DNA of 64,000 bases from Tepidiformaceae bacterium (lineage in GTDB: Bacteria; Chloroflexota; Dehalococcoidia; Tepidiformales; Tepidiformaceae), in the NCBI GenBank assembly GCA_965219255.1, contig OZ244727.1:266739-330738 (forward strand), written 5' to 3'. Both the position numbers and the translations under genes were made by a program. Each line of letters begins with the position of its first letter. The first letter of the stretch is position 1. Positions 27,423-36,153 of the stretch are shown piece by piece. The notes beneath the pieces are model-generated. The model was given only the letters and a program-made list of their open reading frames with translations, did no database searches and was not told the origin of the DNA.

Positions 27423-29873
27423 ATGTCTTCCCCTGGAAGGCTCCTCTATCTCTCGCTGACGTCGTTGCTGGCCGTGGTCATGCTGTTCGTGATCGCCGCC
27501 TGTGGCGACGACGATGGCGAGGAGGCCACCCCCGAACCCACTCCCGCTCCCGCAACTGAAGCCGCCGAAACCGAAACCCCGGCCCCGGCGCCCGACGAAG
27601 GTGTCGAGCTGCACATCGGTGTGGTCCTCCCCGAGACGGGAGCGCTCGGATTCCTCAATCCTCCGATGATCGAGTCGGTGAGGCTGGCGGTTGCCGACAT
27701 CCTTGAGGCGGGCGGCCCCATCACCGTCACCTACGCCGACTCGGGCACGAACCCCGACATCGCCGCCGAGTCGGTCAACCGCCTCCTCGGCGAGGGCGCC
27801 CACGTCATCGTTGGCGCTGCCGCCTCCGGCATCTCGCAGTCGTTCATCCAGCGTCTCTACGACGACAAGATCCCGCAGTGCTCTCCCTCGAACACGTCCC
27901 CCTCCTTCAGCACCCAGGAGAACGCCGCCTACTACTTCCGCACGGTACCGCCCGATGAGGCCGTCGCCCCCATCATTGCCGACGAGGTCGTCGCCGATGG
28001 CGGGACGCGTGTCGCCATCCTCGCCCGTGCCGACGACTACGGGAACGCCCTCGCCAACCTGATGGTGAGCGCCCTCAACGAGCTCGGCGCCGAGTCCAGG
28101 ATCATCTCCTTCGATCCCAACGCCTCCACGTTCGAGTCCGAGGTGGCCGCCACCAGGGGCTACGCCCCCGATGCCATCGTGCACATCTCCTTCGAAGAAG
28201 GCACGAGCATCATCCGCGGCCTCCTCGAGGCCGGATTCGGCCCTGAGATCCAGTACGCCGCCGATGGACTCTTCTTCCCCACGCTCTGGGAGCTGGTCGA
28301 TCCGAACAACGCCAACGTCCTGGATGGCATGAAGCTGATCGGGGCCAGCGGGTCGAAGGAGTTCAACGACCGTCTTGCCCCGATCACCGGCGGCAACGTC
28401 ATCTACGGCGGCCAGTCGTACGACTGCGTCGTCCTGATGGTCCTGGCCGCTGAGGCCGCCGGGAGCACTGATGGTGACGCCATCATCGAGGCCCTTGGCA
28501 CGCTGACCGATGGCGGCGCCGAGTGCCGCACCTATGCCGACTGCTCCGCTCTCCTCGCTGAGGGCGCGGACATCGACTACGTGGGTGTGAGCGGACCCCT
28601 CAACCTCGACGCTGTCGGCGACCCCACGGTGGGCAACTACGCCGTCGCGCAGTTCCAGAACGGGGCCCTTGTGGCATTGAGCGACAAGGAGAGCCACCTC
28701 GCCGACCTCGTCGCCCCCGCTGCCGCACCCACAGAGACGCCACCTGCCGCTCCCACGGTGCACATCGGCGTGGTGCTCCCGGAGACGGGCGCCCTCGGGG
28801 AGTATGGCGTGCCCATGATCGCCTCCGTCCGCCTGGCCGAAGAGGACATCCGCGCCGGGGGCGGCAACATCGAAGTCACCTACGCCGATAGCGGCACCGA
28901 CTCCGATGTCGCCAATGAGGCGGTAAACCGCCTGCTTGGCGAAGGCGCGCACGTCATCGTCGGCGCGGCCGCCTCCGGCATCTCGCAAGCCTTCATCCAG
29001 AAGCTCTACGACGAGCGCATTCCCCAGTGCTCACCCTCCAACACCTCCCCCTCCTTCACCGGCCAGGCGAATGCCGGCTACTACTTCCGCACTGCTCCCT
29101 CCGATGCGATCGTCGCTCCCGTCATCGCTGACACCATCGTTTCCGAAGGCGGAACGCGCGTCTCCATCCTCGCCCGCGCCGACGACTACGGCGTGGCCCT
29201 CCGCGACCTGGTCGACAATGCCCTCCAGAGCCTGGGTGCCGAGACCAGCATCACGACCTACGACCCGAACAGCACCGTCTTCAGCGCAGAGGTCGAGCAG
29301 GTCAAGGGCTATGGCCCCGACGCCATCCTCCTCATCAGCTTCATCCCCGACGGATCGAGCCTGACGCGCGGCCTGATCGAGGCCGGCTTCTCGCCGGACA
29401 TGATGTACGGCTCCGACGGCATGCACACTCCGACCCTCTGGGAGAGCGTCGACGCCTCGAACCCCGAGGTGCTCGACGGTCTCACGCTCTTCGTCGCCTC
29501 CGGCCCGGCCATCCCCGCCTACCAGGAGTTCAACGACCGCCTCGCTGAGGTCTCCGAGGGGAACTTCGTCTTCGGCGCCCAGTCGTACGACTGCACGGTC
29601 ATCCTCGCCCTGGCGGCCAGGGCCGCCGGCAGCACCGACGGCGACGCCATCATCGCCGCCGTCAGCGAGGTCACCGGCGGTGGCGCTGAATGCACGACCT
29701 ACGGCGAGTGCGCCGAGCTCATCGACGCCGGCCAGGACCTTGCCTACGTCGGCAAGGTCGGAAGCCTCAAGCTCGATGCCGGTGGGGATCCCACGGTGGC
29801 GACCTACAAGGTGAGCCGCTTCGAGGGCAGTGAGCTCGTCGAGCAGATCACCGTCTTCGATCTCAGCCGCTAG
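27423..29873 (+). CDS. tandem-fused LIV-type (Peripla_BP_6) ABC substrate-binding lipoprotein (two complete binding modules)
   Basis: Lipobox VIAACG. Module 1 starts at HIGVVLPETGALGFL. A linker LVAPAAAPTETPPAAPT precedes module 2, which starts at VHIGVVLPETGALGEY (nt about 28758). Both modules carry VTYADSGT, NRLLGEGAHVIVGAAASGISQ, IPQCSPSNTSPSF and YYFRT. AGGAGGA RBS at 27411-27417. Confidence 0.9.
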   Translation: MSSPGRLLYLSLTSLLAVVMLFVIAACGDDDGEEATPEPTPAPATEAAETETPAPAPDEGVELHIGVVLPETGALGFLNPPMIESVRLAVADILEAGGPITVTYADSGTNPDIAAESVNRLLGEGAHVIVGAAASGISQSFIQRLYDDKIPQCSPSNTSPSFSTQENAAYYFRTVPPDEAVAPIIADEVVADGGTRVAILARADDYGNALANLMVSALNELGAESRIISFDPNASTFESEVAATRGYAPDAIVHISFEEGTSIIRGLLEAGFGPEIQYAADGLFFPTLWELVDPNNANVLDGMKLIGASGSKEFNDRLAPITGGNVIYGGQSYDCVVLMVLAAEAAGSTDGDAIIEALGTLTDGGAECRTYADCSALLAEGADIDYVGVSGPLNLDAVGDPTVGNYAVAQFQNGALVALSDKESHLADLVAPAAAPTETPPAAPTVHIGVVLPETGALGEYGVPMIASVRLAEEDIRAGGGNIEVTYADSGTDSDVANEAVNRLLGEGAHVIVGAAASGISQAFIQKLYDERIPQCSPSNTSPSFTGQANAGYYFRTAPSDAIVAPVIADTIVSEGGTRVSILARADDYGVALRDLVDNALQSLGAETSITTYDPNSTVFSAEVEQVKGYGPDAILLISFIPDGSSLTRGLIEAGFSPDMMYGSDGMHTPTLWESVDASNPEVLDGLTLFVASGPAIPAYQEFNDRLAEVSEGNFVFGAQSYDCTVILALAARAAGSTDGDAIIAAVSEVTGGGAECTTYGECAELIDAGQDLAYVGKVGSLKLDAGGDPTVATYKVSRFEGSELVEQITVFDLSR

Positions 29874-30670
29874 GCCGAGCTCGAACCAGCATCTTCCGAG
29901 GGGGCGCCGCCCGGCGCCCGCTCGGTATCTCCGTCGCGGCCGCGGGCGCTGAGCGTTCCCAGGTACAGCTCCACCACGCGCTCGTCGTTCAGGAGTTCCT
30001 CGCCCAGACCCGTGTAGGCGTTGCGGCCCTGGTCGAGGACGTAGCCCCGGTGCGCGACCTGCAGACACCGCCTCGCGTTCTGCTCCACTATCAACACGGA
30101 GACGCCCGCGCGGTTCACCTCCACCACCTGCTCGAAGACCTGCTCCTGGTAGCGCGGCGAGAGGCCCGCCGAGGGCTCGTCCAGGAGCAGGACCGAGGGG
30201 TTCATCATCAGGGCGCGGCCCATGGCCAGCATCTGCCGTTCGCCCCCGGAGAGCGCCCCCGCCCGCTGCCCCGCCCGCTCCGCCAGCAGCGGGAACAGCT
30301 CCACCACCGTCTCGAACCGCTCCTGCCACGCCCGCGGCTCCAGGAAGAGCCCCATCTCCAGGTTCTCGCGCACGCTCAGCCGCGGGAACACGTTCTCCGT
30401 CTGGGGCACGTAGCCGATGCCCTCCGTCACCAGCAGGTGTGGCTTCTTCCCGAGCACTGACTGGCCCCGCAGCAGCACGTCCCCCTCCCACACCTCCACC
30501 AGCCCGAAGGCCGCTTTCAGCAGCGTCGACTTGCCCGCCCCGTTCGGCCCCACGATGCCCGCGATCTCGCCCTCCCACAGGCTCAGGCTGCAGTTGTTCA
30601 GGATGGGCACGCCCGCGATGTACCCCGCTATCAGGGAGCGCGCCTCGAGCAGCGGCCTTGCCTCAGCCAT
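29870..30670 (-). CDS. livF: branched-chain amino acid-type ABC transporter ATP-binding protein (LivF-like)
   Basis: Walker A GPNGAGKST, signature LSGGERQMLAMGRAL, Walker B LLLDEPS. Confidence 0.9.
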   Translation of the reverse strand: MAEARPLLEARSLIAGYIAGVPILNNCSLSLWEGEIAGIVGPNGAGKSTLLKAAFGLVEVWEGDVLLRGQSVLGKKPHLLVTEGIGYVPQTENVFPRLSVRENLEMGLFLEPRAWQERFETVVELFPLLAERAGQRAGALSGGERQMLAMGRALMMNPSVLLLDEPSAGLSPRYQEQVFEQVVEVNRAGVSVLIVEQNARRCLQVAHRGYVLDQGRNAYTGLGEELLNDERVVELYLGTLSARGRDGDTERAPGGAPSEDAGSSSA

Positions 30671-31535
30671 CGTCCGCCTCCCCGCTCGACTCCTCTTCCT
30701 CGTCCAGCCCCACGCGCGCCCGCCCCAGGTAGGCGTCGATCACGGCCTCGTTCGCGACCACGTCCTCCGGCGGCCCCTCGGTCAGGATCCGCCCCTGCGC
30801 CATCACCACGACCCAGTCGCTGATGTCCATCACCACGTCCATGTTGTGCTCGACGAACACGATCGTGACGCCTTGGGCGTTCAGGTCCCGGATGTGCTCC
30901 AGCAGCGACTCGGTCAGGGCCGGGTTCACGCCCGCCGTGGGCTCGTCGAGCATGACGATGTGTGGGTCCGCCATCAGCGCCCGCGCCATCTCCAGCAGCT
31001 TCCGCTGCCCCCCCGAGAGCGTTCCCGCCTGTTCGGCGGCCATGTGCGCCAGGTTGAAGCGCTCGAGCAACTCCATCGCGCGGGCCTCCACGCGCACCTC
31101 CTCGGGCTGCCACAGCCAGCGCAGGAGGGCGCGCTCGAGCCGTTCGCCGGGCTGGGTCTGCGCCGCCACCGCCATGTTCTCCAGCACCGTCAGCCGCGAG
31201 AGCGACTTGGTCAGCTGGAACGTGCGCACCATCCCCAGCCGCGCGATGCGGTGCGGCGGCAGGCCCCCCAGGTGCCGCCCGTCCAGCCGCCACGACCCCC
31301 TGTCCGGGCGGTCGAAACCGGTCAGCAGGTTGAACAGCGTCGTCTTGCCCGCTCCGTTCGGCCCGATGATCGCCGTGATCGTGCCCCGCTCGATCTCCAG
31401 GTGGTCGATATCGACCGCGCGGATGCCCCCGAAGGTCTTCAGCATCCCGAAGGTGATGAGGATCGGGTCGTCCTTCAGCCTCCCCGGCGGGGCCGCTTCG
31501 AGCGCGGTCTGTGTCAGCTCCGGCCGTGTCGTCAT
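30663..31535 (-). CDS. livG: branched-chain amino acid-type ABC transporter ATP-binding protein (LivG-like)
   Basis: GPNGAGKTTLFNLLTG, LSGGQRKLLEMARAL, VMLDEPTAGVNP. Start at MTTRPE (CAT 31533-31535). Confidence 0.9.
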   Translation of the reverse strand: MTTRPELTQTALEAAPPGRLKDDPILITFGMLKTFGGIRAVDIDHLEIERGTITAIIGPNGAGKTTLFNLLTGFDRPDRGSWRLDGRHLGGLPPHRIARLGMVRTFQLTKSLSRLTVLENMAVAAQTQPGERLERALLRWLWQPEEVRVEARAMELLERFNLAHMAAEQAGTLSGGQRKLLEMARALMADPHIVMLDEPTAGVNPALTESLLEHIRDLNAQGVTIVFVEHNMDVVMDISDWVVVMAQGRILTEGPPEDVVANEAVIDAYLGRARVGLDEEEESSGEADDG

Positions 31536-31539
31536 GCTG

Positions 31540-32535
31540 TCATGTCCCCAGGTGCAGGTCCCTGCGTCTCCCAAAGATGCCCTGCGGCCGGAGCGCCATC
31601 AGCGATACCAGCCCGACCCCCATCAGGACGACACTGATAGCCCCCTCCGAGCCGTCCAGGAAGTCGGCGAGGATGTTGGGTAACCAGCCTTGCGAGGAGA
31701 GCTCCCGGATGAACGACTCAACGCCCTCCCGCAGGAACCAGAACAGCATCGCCCCCACCACCGGCCCCACCGTCGTCGCGAGGCCGCCCAGGATCAACGC
31801 CGCCCAGGCGAAGAACGTCACCTGCGGCTCGAAGTTCTCCGAACCCACGCCCGACTGCTGGAGGGCGTCGATGACCCCCGCCAGGCCCCCGATCACGCCC
31901 CCGATGACGAGCGCCTGCAGCTTGTAGGCCACGGTGTTCTTGCCCAGGCTCAGCACGGCGTCCTCGTCCTCGCGGATGGCGCGCACCACCCGCCCCCAGG
32001 GGCTGCGAATCAGCGCCAGCACCAGCGCCGAGCAGAGGACCACGAGGATCCAGGCCACGATCATCACCCACAGCTGGTTCGACGAGTACGTGAACGTGCC
32101 CCATCCGAACCGGCCGTCGGGCAGGAAGTTGAGGTCGTAGAAGCTGTTCGCGACGGCCTGCAGCCCGAACGGCCCCCCCGTGATGTCTGTCGCAGGCGAG
32201 GAGCGGATCAGCAGACGCAAGATCTCCGCCGCCGCGATCGTGGTGATGGCGAAGTAGTCGCTGCGAAGCCTCAGCGTTGGGATGCCCAGCGCCAGTGCGA
32301 AGGCGACGCACAGCCCCAGCCCGAACGGGATCCCCAGCCAGAGCGATCCGCCCCACGTCGCCACCATGATCGCGGTGCCGTACGCCCCCAGCATCATGAA
32401 GCCGACCTGCCCGAAGTTGAGCAGGCCGGCATAGCCGAAGTGCAGGTTCAAGCCGATTGCCGCCAGCGCGAAGATCGCGGCCTGCGGCCCCAACCCCGCC
32501 CGCGCCGCGTTCCCCAGGATGACATCGAACTCCAT
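31540..32535 (-). CDS. livM: branched-chain amino acid-type ABC permease (LivM-like)
   Basis: LNLHFGYAGLLNFGQVGFMMLGAYG, the typical BPD_transp_2 start. Confidence 0.9.
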   Translation of the reverse strand: MEFDVILGNAARAGLGPQAAIFALAAIGLNLHFGYAGLLNFGQVGFMMLGAYGTAIMVATWGGSLWLGIPFGLGLCVAFALALGIPTLRLRSDYFAITTIAAAEILRLLIRSSPATDITGGPFGLQAVANSFYDLNFLPDGRFGWGTFTYSSNQLWVMIVAWILVVLCSALVLALIRSPWGRVVRAIREDEDAVLSLGKNTVAYKLQALVIGGVIGGLAGVIDALQQSGVGSENFEPQVTFFAWAALILGGLATTVGPVVGAMLFWFLREGVESFIRELSSQGWLPNILADFLDGSEGAISVVLMGVGLVSLMALRPQGIFGRRRDLHLGT

Positions 32536-33816
32536 CTAACCGATCCGCTCCCGCTGGCCCAGCAGACCCTGTGGCCGCACCAGCAGCGCCAGCACGAGCA
32601 CGCCCAGCGCAAACACCGCCTTGATCTCGGGGCTCGCCCACACCGTGCTCACCTCCGTCACGAGGCCGATCAGCAGACCTCCCACCATCGCCCCGTAGGC
32701 GGTGCCCAGACCGCCCAGCACCACCGCCGCGAACATGAGCAGCAGCAACCGGAAGCCCATCAGCCAGTCCACCGCCTCCACCGACCCGAAGAAGATGCCC
32801 CCCACCGCCGCCAGCGCCGCCCCCGCGATCCAGACGACCAGGATCACCCGGTCAACGTCGATCCCCGAGGACTCGGCCAGCTCGGGGTTATCCGCCACGG
32901 CCCGGATCGCCTTGCCCGTGCGCGCTCGCTGCAGGAAGACGGCCACCGCGATCAGGATCACCGCCGAGAGCGCCATGATGGTGAAGTCTCGCGGGGTAAC
33001 AGCGAACGGTCCGAAGGTCCACTCCGCCTGCAGGGCGTAGTCGACGAAACGCTCGCGGTCGGGACCGAAGAACAGCAGCATCACGTGCCGGGCCAAGAGC
33101 GACAGCCCGATCGTGACCACCATGAACTGGAATCCCCCCAGCCGCCGCCCCCGCAGCGGGCGTAACAGCGAGAACTCGACACCGCCTCCCACCGCTCCCG
33201 CGACAACCACCGCCAGCACCGCTGCGAGGATGAGCGGCGCCCCGAACGTGTCCGCGTTGAAGTACCAGGCGATGATGGCGCCCAGCGTGACCAGCTCGCC
33301 GTGGGCGAAGTTGATCAGCCCCGTCAATCCGAAGATGAGCGAGAGCCCGATCGCGCACATCGCGATGATCAGCCCGAACTTGACGCCGTTCAGCACCGCC
33401 TGTGCGAGCTTCTCCCCCACCGTGGGCCCGCCCCCGACGGGCTCGCCCAGGGCGAAGATCAGCGGCCGGGAGCGCCCTGCGGTCACCGTCACCTCCAGCG
33501 TCTGGCGCTCGGGGTCGCGCAGGCTGATGCCCTCGGGCAGCGTTTCCGTGTCGATCGTCGCGCGGTAGATCCCCGGCCCAGGGAGCTCGATTCGCCAGCG
33601 CCCGTCCTCGCCGCTGACAGCCTCGCCGACCGGCTCGCCTGCGGCATCGACGACGAAGATGCGCACGCCCGCGACCGGTTCCCCCTGGAAGCGCAGCGTG
33701 CCCGAGAACGCCTCGCCCTCGCCGTCCTGGGCATGGGCCGGGCCGAAGAGGAAGAGGGAGAGAACCGCCACCGCGACCAGCGCGACCACACTCCGGAGCG
33801 AGCGGGCGTTCGGCAA
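32536..33816 (-). CDS. livH: branched-chain amino acid-type ABC permease (LivH-like) with N-terminal signal peptide plus about 100-aa secreted beta-sandwich-like domain
   Basis: The core from about aa 134 (LNGVKFGLIIAMCAIGLSLIFGLTGLINFAHGE) is canonical LivH. Aa 1-133 read MPNARSLRSVVALVAVAVLSLFLFGPAHAQ followed by GTLRFQGEPVAGVRIFVVDAAGEPVGEAVSGEDGRWRIELPGPGIYRATI (CarboxypepD_reg/SdrD-B-like pattern). Confidence 0.85.
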   Translation of the reverse strand: MPNARSLRSVVALVAVAVLSLFLFGPAHAQDGEGEAFSGTLRFQGEPVAGVRIFVVDAAGEPVGEAVSGEDGRWRIELPGPGIYRATIDTETLPEGISLRDPERQTLEVTVTAGRSRPLIFALGEPVGGGPTVGEKLAQAVLNGVKFGLIIAMCAIGLSLIFGLTGLINFAHGELVTLGAIIAWYFNADTFGAPLILAAVLAVVVAGAVGGGVEFSLLRPLRGRRLGGFQFMVVTIGLSLLARHVMLLFFGPDRERFVDYALQAEWTFGPFAVTPRDFTIMALSAVILIAVAVFLQRARTGKAIRAVADNPELAESSGIDVDRVILVVWIAGAALAAVGGIFFGSVEAVDWLMGFRLLLLMFAAVVLGGLGTAYGAMVGGLLIGLVTEVSTVWASPEIKAVFALGVLVLALLVRPQGLLGQRERIG

Positions 33817-34020
33817 GGTCGCACTCCCTTCCGATGGCTGGCTGCGCGCCCAAGTATAGGCGGCGAGTCACCCCGGTGGGCCGTGAGGTCGCTCACCGAG
33901 CCCCGCGGCGTGGGAGGTGTGCCGCCGGCGCCGCAGGGACTTTCTTCGACAGTTGCCCCCACAGGCCCTTGCATAGCGTGGAGACATAGGCCAAGATAGC
34001 GTCTCACCTATGGAAAGAGA

Positions 34021-34039
34021 TTAGGAATACCTAACTCAA
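34021..34039 (+). promoter_or_regulatory. candidate DtxR/IdeR-type iron box
   Basis: TTAGGAATACCTAACTCAA matches 13/19 of the consensus TTAGGTTAGCCTAACCTAA and has a perfect TTAGG-N4-CCTAA palindrome. It sits in an AT-richer patch and overlaps the AAGGAG RBS (34038-34043) by 2 nt, 17 nt upstream of the ferric-SBP start codon. Confidence 0.45.
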
Positions 34040-34055
34040 GGAGTGAGTAACCACG

Positions 34056-35090
34056 TTGTCCAAGACTCGTTCCGACGCCCGTTACCCCCGTTCCTGGCTC
34101 ACGTTGACCGTATTTGCTGTCCTGGTTGCTCTCGCCCTCGCCGTCGTTGCTGGCTGGGCCTGCTCCGACGAGGAGAAGTCCATCACGGTCTACTCCGGCC
34201 GCAGTCAGAACCTCATCGGCCCGCTCCTCGAACGGTTCGAAGAGGACACTGGGATTGATGTCGAGGTCCGCTACGCCGGCTCCACGGACCTCGCCCTGTT
34301 GCTCCAGGAGGAGGGCGACAAGACCCCCGCCGACGTCTTCATCTCCCGCAGCCCTGGCCCCGTTGGCTTCGTCGCCGAGCGCGGCCTGCTCGCCGAGCTC
34401 GACGACGATGTGCTGAAGCTCGCTCCCTCCAGCCCCTCCGGCTACTGGGTTGCCCTCACCGGGCGGCAGCGCGTGCTCGTGTACAACAGTGAGCTCTTCG
34501 ACCCTGCGGAACTCCCCACCTCCATCTACAAGCTCACCGAGGAGAGGTGGCTCGGCCGCGTCGCCCTCGCCCCCACCAACGGTTCGTTCCAGGACTTCTT
34601 CACCCTCTTGCGCATCAAGGACGGTGACGAGGCTGCCCTCGCCTGGCTCAAGGCGCTGCACGACGGCGGCGCTCCCGTCTACGGCAACAACGTTGCTATC
34701 GTCCAGGCCGTCGCCCGCGGCGAGATCGAGATGGGGCTCGTCAATCACTACTACAACCTCCGCATCAAGGTGGAGGATCCCTCCACCCTCAGCGAGAACC
34801 ACCACTTCCAGGAAGGGGACCCCGGCGGTGTCACCATCGCCACCGCGATCGGCGCCACCGCCTCCGGCGACAAGGACGTGGCCGAGAAGCTCATCCGCTA
34901 CCTCCTGAGCGAGGAGGCGCAGGAGCACTTCGGCAAGGCGAACTTCGAGTATCCCCTCGCCCTCGGCCTCGAACTGGAGGGCGTCAACTCAGCGCGGCCC
35001 GGGACAGTTGACGTCGGTGAGTTCGACCGCCTCGGCGGCAGCCTCGAACGCACCATCGAGCTCATTCGCGAGGCCGGCTTCGAGCCATAG
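34056..35090 (+). CDS. ferric iron ABC substrate-binding protein (FbpA/AfuA-like, SBP family 1)
   Basis: ITVYSGRSQNLIGPLLERFEEDTGIDVEVRY...ADVFISRSPG...GRVALAPTNGSFQDF...LVNHYY. TTG start at 34056 after AAGGAG. Confidence 0.85.
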   Translation: MSKTRSDARYPRSWLTLTVFAVLVALALAVVAGWACSDEEKSITVYSGRSQNLIGPLLERFEEDTGIDVEVRYAGSTDLALLLQEEGDKTPADVFISRSPGPVGFVAERGLLAELDDDVLKLAPSSPSGYWVALTGRQRVLVYNSELFDPAELPTSIYKLTEERWLGRVALAPTNGSFQDFFTLLRIKDGDEAALAWLKALHDGGAPVYGNNVAIVQAVARGEIEMGLVNHYYNLRIKVEDPSTLSENHHFQEGDPGGVTIATAIGATASGDKDVAEKLIRYLLSEEAQEHFGKANFEYPLALGLELEGVNSARPGTVDVGEFDRLGGSLERTIELIREAGFEP

Positions 35091-35125
35091 GGGCTGTTGG
35101 CGGCGAACCGCCAAGGAGGAAGCGC

Positions 35126-35395
35126 GTGTACGTCTGTATCTGCCAGGCAGTGACGGTGTCCGAGGTGCGCGAAGTCACGGAGGCCGGCACTCGCGACTTC
35201 GATGAGGTCGTCGACCGGTTCTCCCTCGGTGGCGAAGACAGCTGCGGCGCCTGCCTCGTCGTTCTTGAACGGTTGCTGGCGGAGATCGTGCCCGTCGAGC
35301 TCGGTTCCACCAGGAAGGAGTGCGTCACCGACTGCCACCAGTGCCCACTGCGCGTTGCCTGTGCGCGCGGGCTCATGCAAGGGGGAATCGAGTGA
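35126..35395 (+). CDS. bfd: bacterioferritin-associated ferredoxin with Cys-rich C-terminal extension
   Basis: MYVCICQAVTVSEV...DSCGACLV (Cys4, 6, 40, 43 form the Bfd [2Fe-2S] pattern). GTG start after AAGGAGGA. The tail reads ECVTDCHQCPLRVAC. Confidence 0.8.
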   Translation: MYVCICQAVTVSEVREVTEAGTRDFDEVVDRFSLGGEDSCGACLVVLERLLAEIVPVELGSTRKECVTDCHQCPLRVACARGLMQGGIE

Positions 35396-35868
35396 ATGCC
35401 AAGCCCGGAGTAGTGGATGCGCTCAACCGCATCCTCACCATCGAGATAACCGCGGTCAATCAGTACTTCCTCCAGTCCGCGATCATCCGGAACTGGGGCT
35501 ACGACCACCTTGCCGACCGTCTCCGCGCCGTCAGCATGAGCGAGATGCGCGACATCGAGGAGCTCGTGAAGCACATCCTCTACCTCGAGGGGCTTCCCAA
35601 CCTCCAGCGCATCGATGTCGTCAAGGTCGGCGAGAACGTCCTTGAGCACCTCGAACTCGACCTTGAGAGCGAGAAGGCCGCCATTGAGGCGCTGACCGAG
35701 GGCGTCACCCTCTGCGTAGAGGTCGACGACTACGGAACCCGCTCCCGCCTGGAGGAGATGATTCGCGACGAAGAGGCGCACATCGACTGGCTGGAAAGCC
35801 AGATCGAAGCCATCGGCCAGGTAGGGATCGAGCAGTATCTCGCCCGGCAGCTCGGGACCGGCGAGTAG
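35392..35868 (+). CDS. bfr: bacterioferritin
   Basis: VVDALNRILTIEITAVNQYFLQSAIIRNWGY...EMRDIEELVKHILYLEG...DEEAHIDWLESQ. The GTG start overlaps the bfd stop (GTGA). Confidence 0.9.
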   Translation: MNAKPGVVDALNRILTIEITAVNQYFLQSAIIRNWGYDHLADRLRAVSMSEMRDIEELVKHILYLEGLPNLQRIDVVKVGENVLEHLELDLESEKAAIEALTEGVTLCVEVDDYGTRSRLEEMIRDEEAHIDWLESQIEAIGQVGIEQYLARQLGTGE

Positions 35869-36153
35869 GCCCCGGCGAGCGCGCGATGGCGATGGCGTTC
35901 CGTCGACGGCAGCTTCGAGACAGAGATGCGGTCGCGCTCGCCAGGTACATCGGTCGCCTGCTCATTCCCGTGCTCGTAGTCCTCCTTCGGATGACGGACA
36001 TGAACCGCTGGCGCCGCTACGGCATCCGCCGGCGCTCCCCTCACTGATCGCTGCGTGACCCCTCCGCTGAACAGGGTCTCGGGCCTCTCGTTGACCGCGG
36101 TATTCGGCCCGTCACTTACTCGCTGGCCCTGACGACCGGATAGCATGGGTGTC

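Noticed and set aside
35869-36153. 285-nt gap between bfr and nfeD, including an 18-codon ORF (35991-36047) and the antisense ORF 35730..36251
   Set aside because: No RBS or motif support. The long antisense ORF mostly overlaps bfr. This is probably promoter region for nfeD-flotillin.
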